Assembly: GCF_964204865.1 (NCBI RefSeq)
Contig: NC_135261.1
Span: 5,456,001 to 5,520,000 of the forward strand
Origin: Styela clava
Lineage: Eukaryota
Length of the DNA: 64,000 nucleotides
Reading direction: 5' to 3'
In this document: in pieces, positions 40,709-52,708 of the stretch
Position numbering within the stretch: position 1 is the stretch's first letter
Layout: every line of letters begins with the position of its first letter
Made by a program: the position numbers and the translations under genes
The notes under the pieces: model-generated
Seen by the model: only the letters and a program-made list of their open reading frames with translations
Told to the model about the DNA's origin: nothing
The model's database searches: none

Positions 40709-42288
40709 GCTTCTTGCATATCTTTGGATATCAGTAACTGCTTTTACATGGCGAAAGACGTGAATGAGCGTGTCATATATTCGCTGATAAAGTAATACGT
40801 TTAAATAGGAAAATATTTTAATTAAATAACTTCAAAAATATAAACTCTAATGGGAAATTAAAAAATCCATTGTCGCCATTTGACTCTTTTAGCATTATGT
40901 CGTCATTGTGGTCTACGACCCAACGTAACAATTACAGTAATATCTCTTGTGTAGTCACAGATCGGGGTTATCGCATTTCACCTTACTTCAAGGCCGCGGT
41001 CAATGAAAATGGGTATTTATGATATTTGAGACATAATAAATCAAAAGATGATACAAATTATCACTAGCATAGTCATAAACAAGATTATATTATTTGTGGG
41101 CAGATTTTACGCTTGAGCTGGTAGTTTCGATAAATAAATTCTGGAGCGTTAACAGTTTAAATGTGTTGTTGTGGCCTCTGACGGTAGTGGTAGTATATTA
41201 AATAGCTTGTTGACATTATCGCGGACTATTTCGCTTCATTCGGCTAATTTAATATTGTTCAGTGGACGAAGTGCTTGAGTCCAGCAAGCAGCTGTCATTT
41301 TTCGACAAGATTAGGAATATTATAGGTTTATTATACGAGTCAAACATGTACTTGTTGCTACCGTAACAGACGTATTAATATATTATATGAGGGATAAGGG
41401 AATGTGTAGATTGTCAGTGCATTTTATATTTTATCTATATATGCGCTGATATTTTTTTAAATATTGTTTACCTAATTTTAGCCAGAGCTGCTGTGATAAT
41501 CGGGGTTATCTGAGACCGGCGTATGGCAAGTAAGGAAAAAATAGATTGTGCCAGTTTTTAGGAAATTTCTCGTAATAATTATAATAAATTCAGGAATCTG
41601 GTGCATTTCGAGAAAATCAGTTTTATTAAACACATGCCGTTGAAGTAGCACGTACAAACATAAGATGGCCAAGTCCTTTCGCGGGCAACGCTGTAGCAAA
41701 TCACAAAGAATAAGTTAGGTGTACGAGTGGTTATATGGCCTCAATCGCCATTTGAATGGTCTCGTACATGGGAAGCTATTGGGCTGCTATATATACAGTA
41801 AGTTAGGAATGGATATAGGCCCCCAATGGACATGTGAATGGCCGGCCTTCAACGTAAATAACATATTGGACTTTCATATTTGGCGACAGGTTTTATTTTA
41901 AGTGTAGCCAAAGAAGACGAGTGCCGCCGATTCAAAGTGTCCCGTTAATGTAAATTGTAAAGACTTTATTACGTCATTAATGCGTTCAAATTCCGTACAT
42001 TTCAAAGTATCAATTTCTTGCATTGGAGTGAGACTTATGCAGCGCTTTGTTAAGAACGAATGTGATGTCGAATACCTCGCCAAAGAAATGCGTTACCCCT
42101 TCATAATTGCAAAATACGAACCATCCTTCGTTATGAGTTAGTTACTGACAGATTGTATAACAGACTCAGTGTTGATTGATGTAATATATATTTTCATGTA
42201 TAAATATAGTCGACATTAGCACTAAAACAACAAATTATCACTTCAACATTGGATTATTGTTATCAAACGAAATCTTACATAAGGAAAT

Positions 42289-42465
42289 TTAGGGTGAGGC
42301 CATAATTTTATTCCGATTTTCCTTATTTTAGTTCGAATACGAATTCTGCGACTGTCTGTGTTAGCCAAGTAAATATATCCCCTTCAGTCACTTTACACAA
42401 CTTGATGTAAGAAAGGCGAACAAAATTAGTTACCTCCATATTGGAACACGTACTTCCGGATCGCC
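42289..42465 (-). mobile_element. Family B MITE, truncated
   Basis: Partial match to the consensus. Confidence 0.8.
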
Positions 42466-42648
42466 CTAGATAGCGTACATTGAGTGCAGTTTTAAAAAAA
42501 GTGTTTGCATAGAAACATTTGTCCATAGACCGCACTCGTTTATTGTGACCTAGCGAAGTCTTCTGTGATTTCTGGCTTTTTATATTGAGTTTACCCGTCT
42601 AGGTGAATGGCAGTGATCAGTTTGATCAGTTTTGGCACTTTTGACGTA

Positions 42649-42945
42649 CCGTGTTTCTATTAGGAGCGTACTATGTTCCCCCGAAAATAAGACTAGGTTT
42701 ATTTCAATTTTCTTTCGAAAAATAACACAAGGACCCATTATTGGAGATGTCTTTCATTTTCATTTATTTTTTAAACAAAATTACAAAGTAGATAATTACG
42801 AGATTTTCAGATATACAAAATATGAAAACCGATATTTACTTATAAATAACACGTTTTTATTTGAAAAAAATTCGCGCTATCGACTAGGTCTTATTTTAAA
42901 ATTGTTTTTAAAATTCAGGCTAGGTCTTATTTTCGGGAAACACGG
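42649..42945 (+). mobile_element. Tc2/pogo-like MITE; partial relative at 16601-16850
   Basis: TA-ccgtgtttc...gaaacacgg-TA, with aaaataagac/gtcttatttt subterminal motifs. Confidence 0.85.
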
Positions 42946-43131
42946 TAGAAGCTAGCTTAGAGTAAGGTTTTAGACTACCAGTAATTTTTTAATTTTACCT
43001 CCACTTCTACTTTCGTTATCTGCCAGGTAATAATTTGTATTTTAGAAGATTGACAAGCATGCGTAGTTTCAATTATTAGTCCTGTTAAGTTAATGTTACA
43101 TAAATAAGTTAATGTTACAGAAAAAAAATTC

Positions 43132-43200
43132 GGCGCTCCAAAAATGTGTTTACCAATATGTAGGTAACTAATTTTGTGGTAAACACACTACGAGAGTACC
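43132..43200 (+). mobile_element. Family B mini-derivative (69 bp, ends only)
   Basis: The left end ggcgctcc...taattttg is joined directly to the right TIR tggtaaacacactacgagagtacc. Confidence 0.8.
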
Positions 43201-43392
43201 AAATTTTGTATTACCGAATTCGGGAAATACTTGAAATGATAAATTGTATCGGACTCGCTGCATGCACGGTACTCCATTGTTTCTCAACAGAGGTAATTTA
43301 ATTAAGTGGTGATTGTGTGTTTTTGCCATATATCCATCCTCTTTTCTGACTAATGTAATTCGATTTTTCTTTAAATCTTTTTCTATATTAAC

Positions 43393-43444
43393 GTTTTTTT
43401 TCTTATTTTGCATCAGATAAAATAAAAATACAATGTGTATTTAA
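43393..43444 (+). promoter_or_regulatory. Probable splice acceptor in the GPCR 5' UTR followed by a 3-codon uORF
   Basis: Pyrimidine tract ttttttttcttattttgcatcAG ends at 43416; ATG TGT ATT TAA lies at 43433-43444. Confidence 0.5.
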
Positions 43445-43462
43445 TATATATATATATTGATA

Positions 43463-44890
43463 ATGGACGGCGGTAGTACACCACCACACACGTTATGTGG
43501 AGTTAAAAATAACACTTTTGATAACATAATATCCGGAGGAATCGACTTGGCACTATCCGTAAACTGCACCATCGAACCGGATACCACCGGTTTAGAGCCA
43601 CGAAATGAAAAAATGTACTGTGAACCTATTGAATCGGCACCACTTGCTATCGTATCTGGATTAGTCGCAACTGCGACCATTGTCGGGAATTTATTGGTCA
43701 TTTTAGCGATTTTACGTGGATCGTCTCGATTTCATCGACCAATGTTTTGGTTGATAATACATCTGAGCTGTGCTGACCTAATAGTTGGATTTATGCTGTT
43801 ATGGAATTATTGTCTCGCGTCGTTAATGGATATACATAACACAATAACAAGTTTAATGTTCATATTTTCCTTATGGGTAGCGTCAGAATCTTCATCTACA
43901 TTGGGATTTGTATTACTTGCTGTGGACAGATATATCCAAATTTTTCACAAAAATTTTCATCGTGCATACGCAACACGAGTCACTGTTGGTATAGCTATAT
44001 TTTTAGCTTGGGCAATTCCTGTTTCGTTCTTTATGATTGCGCCCTTTGCTTTTGACTGGTCGTGCAAAGATACGTGCATCTGTTCAGAAGAAAAATACAT
44101 GAAATGTCTCCCAAGATCTGATTGTTCTCAAATCATCCCTCCTTTTAAGAAAACTTACACCCTTACTGTTGGAATTTTTCTTTTCATTTGCATTCCCCTA
44201 CCAGTCACGATATATACTATGATATTCATAAGATTTCGCCGGAAAACTCATGTCGTAAAACACACTCGAAAACGACATGATATGAGACTCATTCGTACCT
44301 TGATTGTTATATTAGCGGTGTTCATCGTCACCCTAAGCCCCGTGGCCATTTTGATAATGGTAGATTACACCACAACGAGGCAGAATGATACAATGATATC
44401 CGTTGCGTTTTATATTTTCGTTTTGGCGTTTTTAAACTCATTAGCTAATCCACTGCTGTACATGTGGAGAATGTCAGCAATACGAAGATCAATACGACAA
44501 AGGGTTTTTTATTGTTTCTGGGATAAACACGGAAAACAACGTCGGGACATAACTTCATTTCAAAGCGATCAACGCTCACCAACGAGTCATCGTCATCGCT
44601 ACGATACCCCAAACGACATCGACGACAAAAATCACAAATACGTTCCACCCAATAACAACATGCCACGAGCGGCGGTTTTGTGTCTCCGACAAATTAAACG
44701 AGGCCGATATACCAACAGCCGGACATCGACTCCTATGTCAGAAAGAGCGAATAATCATAACGAGGAAGCTGTCAAATTAGCTCCAAATGAGCCCAACCAT
44801 TTAAAATCGAACGGGACATCTCAAGAAGGTGATGTAATAATGCATAATTCATGCAACAATAAAGCTGATTGTGAGATTACAGAGCTTTAG
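43463..44890 (+). CDS. Intronless class A (rhodopsin-like) GPCR, 475 aa, S1P/LPA/cannabinoid-receptor-like (MECA group), orphan
   Basis: The only long ORF. Seven hydrophobic segments with GN (TM1), RFHRPMFWLIIHLSCADL (cf. S1P1 KFHRPMYYFIGNLALSDL), AVDRY, TM4 W, ECL2 DWSC...CSQIIPPFKKTY, DMRLIRTL (cf. CB1 DIRLAKTL) and NSLANPLLY. First ATG is at 43463; the track start at 43457 is a TTG, and there is an in-frame TAA at 43442. Confidence 0.93.
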   Translation: MDGGSTPPHTLCGVKNNTFDNIISGGIDLALSVNCTIEPDTTGLEPRNEKMYCEPIESAPLAIVSGLVATATIVGNLLVILAILRGSSRFHRPMFWLIIHLSCADLIVGFMLLWNYCLASLMDIHNTITSLMFIFSLWVASESSSTLGFVLLAVDRYIQIFHKNFHRAYATRVTVGIAIFLAWAIPVSFFMIAPFAFDWSCKDTCICSEEKYMKCLPRSDCSQIIPPFKKTYTLTVGIFLFICIPLPVTIYTMIFIRFRRKTHVVKHTRKRHDMRLIRTLIVILAVFIVTLSPVAILIMVDYTTTRQNDTMISVAFYIFVLAFLNSLANPLLYMWRMSAIRRSIRQRVFYCFWDKHGKQRRDITSFQSDQRSPTSHRHRYDTPNDIDDKNHKYVPPNNNMPRAAVLCLRQIKRGRYTNSRTSTPMSERANNHNEEAVKLAPNEPNHLKSNGTSQEGDVIMHNSCNNKADCEITEL

Positions 44891-45651
44891 GTCATGGCTC
44901 CTGTAGAACATATTGTGACGTCATACCAGCTCAAGATTTTTTTTTCGACTTACTGCTGGGGAAGTTGGATGCGAAGAGAATAGCTGATATATCCAACAAT
45001 TCGCTAAATCGGGAGATATGCCCTATTTTAAAGGATTTTATGAGTTTGAAATGAGATGTACCCTCAAAACAGGGACATACGAGAGAGCCAGACTCACAGC
45101 AACGTGCCGACAAGTGAACACGAACCAAAAGCCGGAGGTATGACCTTCGTGTCGGTCATTTAAGACAAAATTTCAACTCAATTTTATGAAAAAAAAATTT
45201 TCTCCTTTTGTCTGACACTGTGTAGATATACTGTCCTTATGTTTCGTCCTTTTATAATGCGATTTTTCCCACCAAAAACTATTCGAATTTTTTATTTGTG
45301 AATTTGTTTTTGTATGATCTGATAAAATTAATTCTTCATAACTTGTTTCATTGAGCTCCTTGCCATCCGAATTTGCGTCCGCCAAAGCTTTGCAAAGATA
45401 GTTTTTGGAACTGTGGCCCTACTAAATGTAGGGGGAGTATTTACATATACCGATAAGACGGCTTTATCCTATAGCGAACCACGGGCTCTCGCAAGAGTAT
45501 TCCCCACCACCGATCCGCGCGTAGCATGTATGGTCTAAAAAATTATGGTTGGCCAGTATGATATGTAATCCCACCCTATTTACGAATCGTGTAATCATTC
45601 TTGTATGATTGGTCGTCAAATTCTGATGACAAAAGTGATTTTTAATCTAAA

Positions 45652-45663
45652 AATAAAAATAAA
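45652..45663 (+). terminator. Candidate polyadenylation signals of the GPCR mRNA
   Basis: Two adjacent AATAAA hexamers about 770 nt after the stop; such hexamers are common in AT-rich DNA. Confidence 0.3.
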
Positions 45664-47238
45664 ACCTTTCAATGAAACAATATTCACTAAATGTTTTGGA
45701 ACTGTTTTAGAGTATAAATTTGAATGCATTTTTGAATTTTTTTGACCTTTGCTACCAAACGTAAATTTCTGCTCTGTGGATTTAATGTATTTACTATATA
45801 ACCTTTCATCAAATTACGTTGGGAAAATTCAAGTGGGAATTGATATCTGAATAATGTTAATTGGGATCGAAAATTTTAAACAAAATGTCAGCCGATACGC
45901 AATTTGGTAGTTTGGACTTTTCTAAATAATCATGTAACTAATAACCGAATAGTAGCGTCGGATAGAAGTTCAAGTCGACCGAGAATTAGTTGATATATAT
46001 GATCATTTCTTTGAATCAAAAACAGCTAACTTTTTGCTCAATTGGCACAACATTTCACAATTTTTTCTCGTATGTTAGGTTTCCGAGGAAACAATTTACC
46101 AATAGGACCTCATCAATTTGAACGTAATTTGAGGAAATGCACAAATTTGGAATTTTTGTACAAGGCCCCTGCCACCGCTCAAATTGAAATAAAATTAGTA
46201 ATTATCTAGTTATGGTTGGGAGGCAAGTAAGGCAGATTGCGCTGAAAATTCAAGTTTCCAAATCATTCTTAACCCAAACTCGGAAAGTGTTAAGTTATCT
46301 CCAGATTTATAATCTTGTCTAAGTAGGTACCTGTTCTCCCACTGCATTATATTTTCATGGGGCATTTAATATCTAATATTGTCAAATTTTGGCTGTAATT
46401 GTGGAATTTCAACTTTCAAATTGACTAATAGGAAATGTCAACAAGCGTTATTTAAAATCAAATTTTTGAAATTGTGATTCATTTTTCCGGTCTCATATTT
46501 AATTATGAAACATCCAGTATGTCAGAATGACGCTTGTGGTAACGCATATCCGTACATTTGTACAAATGCAAATACGTTGGAATAAGTATTGGCGATTTGG
46601 TTACAACAAACTTATGTTTCCGGGAAACATTACTCGCGTTTGTGATCTTTGAAAGCGACTCAAAATTGAAGAATCTGTACAGCTTATGGATTTCATAGAA
46701 ATCGAATTGACTCTTGTTTCGAAGTTAGAATAATTTAACACAGTTTATTCGAATTAGAATAGCAATTTATGACTTAATTTCAGTCTGTACAATTCTGGTT
46801 CAACTATTTGACTCAAATTTGAATATTGATCAGAAAAAGGCAAACATTACGTGTTTACAATCCATAATCCATTTCTGACGACTCTTTTTGAAATCAAAAA
46901 ATGAATATTTCACGCGACAGGTAATTTGCTATAGGCTGAAAAAGCCGGGTCTTTTCACGAGCGCGTAAACGCGGGGACTGTTTCAGAATGGAATGGGAAT
47001 TTCCGATTGAATATACGTCATAATTTGGCGCCATAAGTACAGACTACATGCTTACGTGAAATTTTATGCAATTTATATTTCTGTGTACATCACGCAGAAA
47101 CTACTTAGGAACTCTTCGAACTTTTGGTATTTCGACGAGTTTTGTATAGAACAGACTGCAAATTACAAAAACAAAAATCTGTATATAATAAGTATCTTTT
47201 CATGTTTAACACAAGTATCGCTTAATGATAAGCTAGAT

Positions 47239-47491
47239 CAGTGGTTTTCAAACGGTGGGGGACTAGACCATTTTTTGAATTGAAAATACAAATATTTGTT
47301 GGATTCGATCGTGCCCGCCTTATTTTGGATATTCGCAATTCTTTATTGTTTAGATTGCAGAAAGCTGTTGTTCTTATTATTATTTTTATTATCTGTTATA
47401 TTACTTTCGCTCTTTTGTAGCTTATTGTTAGCTAAATATTTTTGAAATGAGGCGCCATACCTGAAAAATTCTAAAGGCGTGAGAACCGCTG
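47239..47491 (+). mobile_element. hAT MITE family E; copies at about 7233-7497, 20359-20643 (-), 23858-24105, 26948-27160 and a fragment at 17637-17716
   Basis: Ends cagtggttttcaaac / gagaaccgctg; TSD agctagat/agctaaat; shared core gatttgatcttgcccgccttatttt. Confidence 0.85.
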
Positions 47492-48027
47492 AGCTAAATG
47501 AAATACCGTTGCTGGTATTAGCGCATAGCCTTGAATTTTGGAATTACATTTCTGTCTCATACCCGTTGAAACCGCCAACATTCAACTCAATCTGACCACA
47601 CAACATGAGATTTTGTATCATTTGACATGTAATTTGCTTCATATTGGCGAAAAAGTCGTGGGAAAATAAACGTAGCGTCTTTTTTCCGAATTTCATAAAT
47701 TTTCGCATGACGTGACGTCATTTTCATGTGAAGATATTTGTTGAAAGTGAAACCACAGGCAAACGAATGATACGATATATTTACTTCAATATTCAAATTC
47801 GTACATTTTTTCGATGAATTTATTTAAATGATAAAAGTGTTTAAAGCTTCGTGTGAAATTTTGCAGTCGAAGCAATGTGGCGGAGAGGGATCTCGTTTGC
47901 AGAATTCTTAAAAATGATCTAATTCTGGCGCATTTAAAGTACTTTTGTTATTTCTGACGTGTTTGGACGCAAGAATCTTTTCGTCTTGTCAAAAATTATT
48001 CCGGTTGTTTTCACGCGAGACCGGCGT

Positions 48028-48552
48028 CCAATTTCATTCTGCACATTCAGCATATTATATCGTGTATTCGGATACGTTATTCCGAAAGATGCTTATGTAT
48101 CGAAAATGCTTGTAAAAATAAACAGAATCTGACACGTTCAAGGGCTTTTTTTGGTATTTTAGACGTGTTTTAACGCTGGTACCCATTCGCGATTTCAAAA
48201 AATTATTTTCAAATGCCAATATCGTCAATGTACGGAACATATTATTTTAGAAACTCGACGATAGAAAAGTTAATCTCCGGGACTTACAGGTTTTTTTTTC
48301 GAGCCCTGAATCCTATTTCATTTTGCACCTTTAGAATGTTATGTAGTGTATTCGAAAACGTTATCCCAAAAAAGATGTTTAAAAATGTAATTCAGTCATG
48401 TTCAAGGACTTTGTCGTTTTTTCAGACATGTTTGAACGCAGGTATCTATTCGCGATTTCATAAAAAAATATTTTTAAACGCGTTTTCGTCAAAGTACGCA
48501 ACGTATTTTTTTAAAAACTCGACGACAGAAAAGTTAATCTCCGGAACTTACA
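48028..48552. repeat. Direct duplication, period about 270-285 bp
   Basis: aaactcgacga.agaaaagttaatctccgg.acttaca occurs twice. Confidence 0.85.
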
Positions 48553-49944
48553 TTTTAAGCCACGTTAATGCAGTGTTTTGGCAACATTGCAATTGTAGTT
48601 TACGCTATTACCGTTGCATTTAGCTTGCGTTCCCAGCTGTTTATGTTTGACTTTTTATAATGATGGATTGCAACTTCATATCGTAAGGTGCTTGTTCCCC
48701 TGGGTCCCGTGACGTCACTAAATGCGAAATTGATTGGGCATGTATGAAACGTGCCAAATTATCAAGTATAACTCGTATATAATACGGTATTTATTTGAGT
48801 TTACCATGCTTGGATTGGATCCAAAATTCTACTGCATACCGCTACGTAACTGATGGCTCTAAGGAGCCCATAGGTCTTGGAAAACGCTTGATTGATTGGT
48901 ACTTTAGCCCCCGTTTTAGAGTAACCACGCGACCACATAAGCTTCAATTGGGAGGTAAAAAAGAGTTGGAGTTGGCCAACCTTTGGATTAGAAGTAATGT
49001 GTATTCCACTAAGTAAAATATTTGGTTTCCAAGAATTTTCATTTCTGGGCGTTTTAAAAAATAGTAATCTTCGGAACTGTGCGAAAATGTTCATTTATTT
49101 TTCAACTCATTATCGGTTACCGCAATGATAAAAACGGTCTTTCTTGAGTGAAACGAAAGTGTTTTCAAAATGTCAATTAACGTTAATTTAGTTTTATAAC
49201 CTTTGGCCTTCCTCTTACAGTAAAAGTGTAATTCATCAATGTAATCTCGTTTACAGACGAACGATATTTTATCGTTCTTTTCAATGCTCTTCATCGTTTC
49301 TTGGTTAGTCTTTGTAGTAAATAGAAAGTATTTGGTTACATTGACTGGCATGGCACATTAATTAAGTATGATTCCATCTAAAATCGACAAAATTAATGTA
49401 AAAATTGTTATTATAAGCTTTTGCCACAATTAAGTCAAAATAATTCAAGTGTGATTGATAAATAATGTTTTTTTTATTGTTATTTTACTTTTAATTGATA
49501 TCCAGAACAAAATTTGAATTGGAGAATTTGGGTTACATTACTTTCCATTATTTCCAATTTAACAATGTAACAGAAAGTTGAAAGAAATTCTTATTTGATC
49601 GGTCTCATATTTCTCGATCAGCTTCCAAAGTTTCACGGAGAGTCTTTTGCTTGAAAATTTTAACAAAGCGCATTATTTATGGGAAACGATGAGATTGATG
49701 AAATGTAAATTGCAACTTTAACTTCTACGGTCTAACTGCAAATAACAGGGAGTGCGCGGGATTTGAACGAAATTTGTTTTGCAAATTATTTTCAACATAA
49801 AATTGCAAATAGAATTTTGACATGGATGCAAATTTTGTGGTCAAAACTTGTCTGAGGTTTGGGAAAATTGGGTGTAACGTATTTTATAAGATTTCTACTC
49901 ATCCGAATATAATCCACGAGCAGAAATTTACTACACAATTTGTC

Positions 49945-50130
49945 TACATGTGCATATTACATTGGTTGTTTATGGATATGTCATTGGCTGTATATGACAT
50001 TGGCATCATATGCATATGCCATTAACTGTATATGCATATATGTCATTGACTGTATATGCACATGTCATTGGCTGTTTATGCACATGCCATTGGCTTTATA
50101 TGTATATTCAGTTGGCTCTATATGCATACG
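49945..50130. repeat. Degenerate minisatellite of about 24 bp (tgcatatgtcattggctgtatata)
   Basis: Recurring cattggctgt/tgcatatg motifs. Confidence 0.8.
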
Positions 50131-50606
50131 AGTTGTTAGTATGTTCATATAAAATTGACTGAAATTTTGAAATGTTTACAATTCAATTCCACAGTTTATC
50201 GTCACTGAAAACGTACTTTTTGCAAATGTGTAATTGTGTTTTCAACTACCCTTATATAATAATATCTACACCCGAATTGCGTTTTTTGTTTTCAATGTTT
50301 ACTTTTTTTATCCATTTTATCCATTCTTCAAAAGAAACAAATAAAAATCACATTTTACTTTTCATTTTATTCTATGCGTTCAATTTTCAACAATATCTAA
50401 TGTACGCGGCCTATAAGGTCAGATCATTGGAAATATTACTTTTAAAGTTAAACGAATTCGAATATTTTCGAATATCACGGATATTCTAAGAGCAATATTT
50501 TTATTATTTTTAATCCTCAAATTGATTAAATTGGTTTGGCTGGTCAAATATAGGAAATAATTCTAAAAGTTATCCATCGTCTTCATGATGGTTTGAAAAT
50601 GTATTG

Positions 50607-50953
50607 CAGGGGTGTGCAACCTCCAATACAAGAGGGCCCGATACGAATAACTATGTGAAACCGCGGGCCGCGCCTTAATTTAATATAGGCTTTCTAGTAG
50701 TTGCAGGCACAAAAAATTTGGTTATTGATTTTATAGAATGCGTTGTTCGTTTTGTACAGGCATGCTGTTAGGGCCCTGGAACGTCATAATGAATTGGAAT
50801 CAGATATACAGGCTTTGCAATGCGAAGGGATTAGAAATACTTGCACATGCCAGATTAAGCTAATTTAAAAACTTGTTTCGGGGGTCGCACATCATTCAAA
50901 ATTTTCCCTTGTGGGCCACATTTGGCCCGCGGGCCACAGGTTGCACACCCCTG
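50607..50953 (+). mobile_element. hAT MITE; degraded relatives at about 4962-5330 and 30797-31110
   Basis: Perfect TIR caggggtgtgcaacct; TSD atgtattg/atgtaatg; internal sequence shared with the two relatives. Confidence 0.9.
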
Positions 50954-52540
50954 ATGTAATGTTCAACCAGAGAAACCAATGGAACGTAGGTCAGATCATT
51001 TGCCCATGCCTAAGGCCCGGTTCTAACAAATAATACAGAATAGAAAAACTTGGCATCCCCTTAAAAAATTCTGTGCCCCGCTTGTCCCAATTGTATGAAT
51101 CTCACCTAATATCGATCCTAGCCCAGGACGTACCACGAATTCCATTGAAACGAGTATAACTCTTCTTATTTAAGACATTGGATAATTTCGTATCAAAGCT
51201 TGGAATTTGAGAGGAAATGAATTTTCTATTAATCAGGATTCTAATATTTGCGTGATTAGTTAACGTTATTTATTCAATTGCTTATTCCAATCCCCGTACA
51301 AATGCTTCAAAACCCACTTATGAATAATTGTGGGTTAATTATCATTAGCCAGAATCAGTGTCAGAGTCCCGTTTTTACACTGTATAGATGTATAAAGAAA
51401 GAAAAGTCCTACTAACTCTCTTATCTCCATACTGTGTCTACTACTTGAGCTTTATTGAATTAGCACATTCCAAGATATGCGATCCTACTTATATTGTTTT
51501 CTTTTGTGGAGGGATTGTGTACACTTAAAAGTCTTTTGTTATCAAATAATGTATTGCTAAAACACCATTATGACGTTTCACCTGTATATCATTCTTTATA
51601 ATTGCTCCTAAAATGTGGTAAAGTTGTTGCAAATGCATAGTTCGTAATTTTATTCCAACATGGTGAAAGTTAAAAGTAAATTATAGACTAAATATAAATC
51701 ATAAACGGATTTCATAAATTTCTCAATTACTATAAAAATGAAATAGAATTTATTTAACACTTGAATTTTTGTTCGTACCCAAAAGTTATGTTCTCTCTGA
51801 AATATGCCCCAATGATCTGAGTTCTGATTTTTGTTGTTACCCTGTAGAATAGATGTATAATATATTGGTGAGGTTTTGAAATCTAGACTCGAACAAACAT
51901 GAGTAATTGATGAAGTCCGTCTTCTAGTTTAATCCCAAATCCCCAAATCAGCCAACTTTAAAAGCGTTAAAAGCATTTACTGGCGTTAAATTTAGTTTCG
52001 AAAACATTGACAGCTCTTTTTTGCAGGCACGAGTAGTTACATTTCTATAATGCTGTGCAACTCCTTGAAATTGCAACCAAAAATCGGTGATTTGCTTTAT
52101 TATACTATGTCTCAAATCACAGGTCGAACAACTGTACACAATTATTCCTCTTGACGAGGTGTTTAATATCTTTCACTCTGTTTCAAATTTTACTTTAATA
52201 AATGGAAAAAATAATTGAAAAATTTTGATTAAATTCAATTGTTTTATTTATTATTTTCATGTTTCTTTTAAATTCTTATCAATATATTTTATTTATATCA
52301 TCATCATTGCGCTATTAAATAAAGCGAATACATTAAATTCGTGGTTTTGCTTGAAACAGATTTTGCGGTTGCGGTTATAACAGTATTACATGCCATTTAG
52401 TATTTTAGCATATTCATGAGTCGCGAGAGGTTTACAAAATTTATTTTTCAGAAAATTTCTGGCCGCTTGAAAAAGGTTGTGAACCACTGTAATAGACAAC
52501 ACTGATCTAATATAAAAGGTTTAAATAAATTACTTTAAGC

Positions 52541-52708
52541 CAGTAGTGGGATTCAGCCGGTTCGCGCCGGTTCTATAGAACCGTCTCACGGAATTTTTTG
52601 AGATCAGCGAACCGGTTAGCATTACATGACTTATTGTAACAGAACCGCCTGAAAATATGACATTTGTATGATAGAACCGGCTGACAAAAAATTTGAATTC
52701 CACCACTG
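52541..52708. mobile_element. hAT MITE with AGAACCG subterminal repeats
   Basis: Ends cagtagtgggattca / tgaattccaccactg; exact TSD ctttaagc. Confidence 0.9.

Noticed and set aside
43441-44666. ORFs overlapping the GPCR (43441-43701, 43873-44055, 44445-44666)
   Set aside because: Shadow frames of the real CDS.
45430-45530. Possible SINE tail in the GPCR 3' region
   Set aside because: Only one copy in the window and no head visible, so it cannot be supported from this sequence alone.
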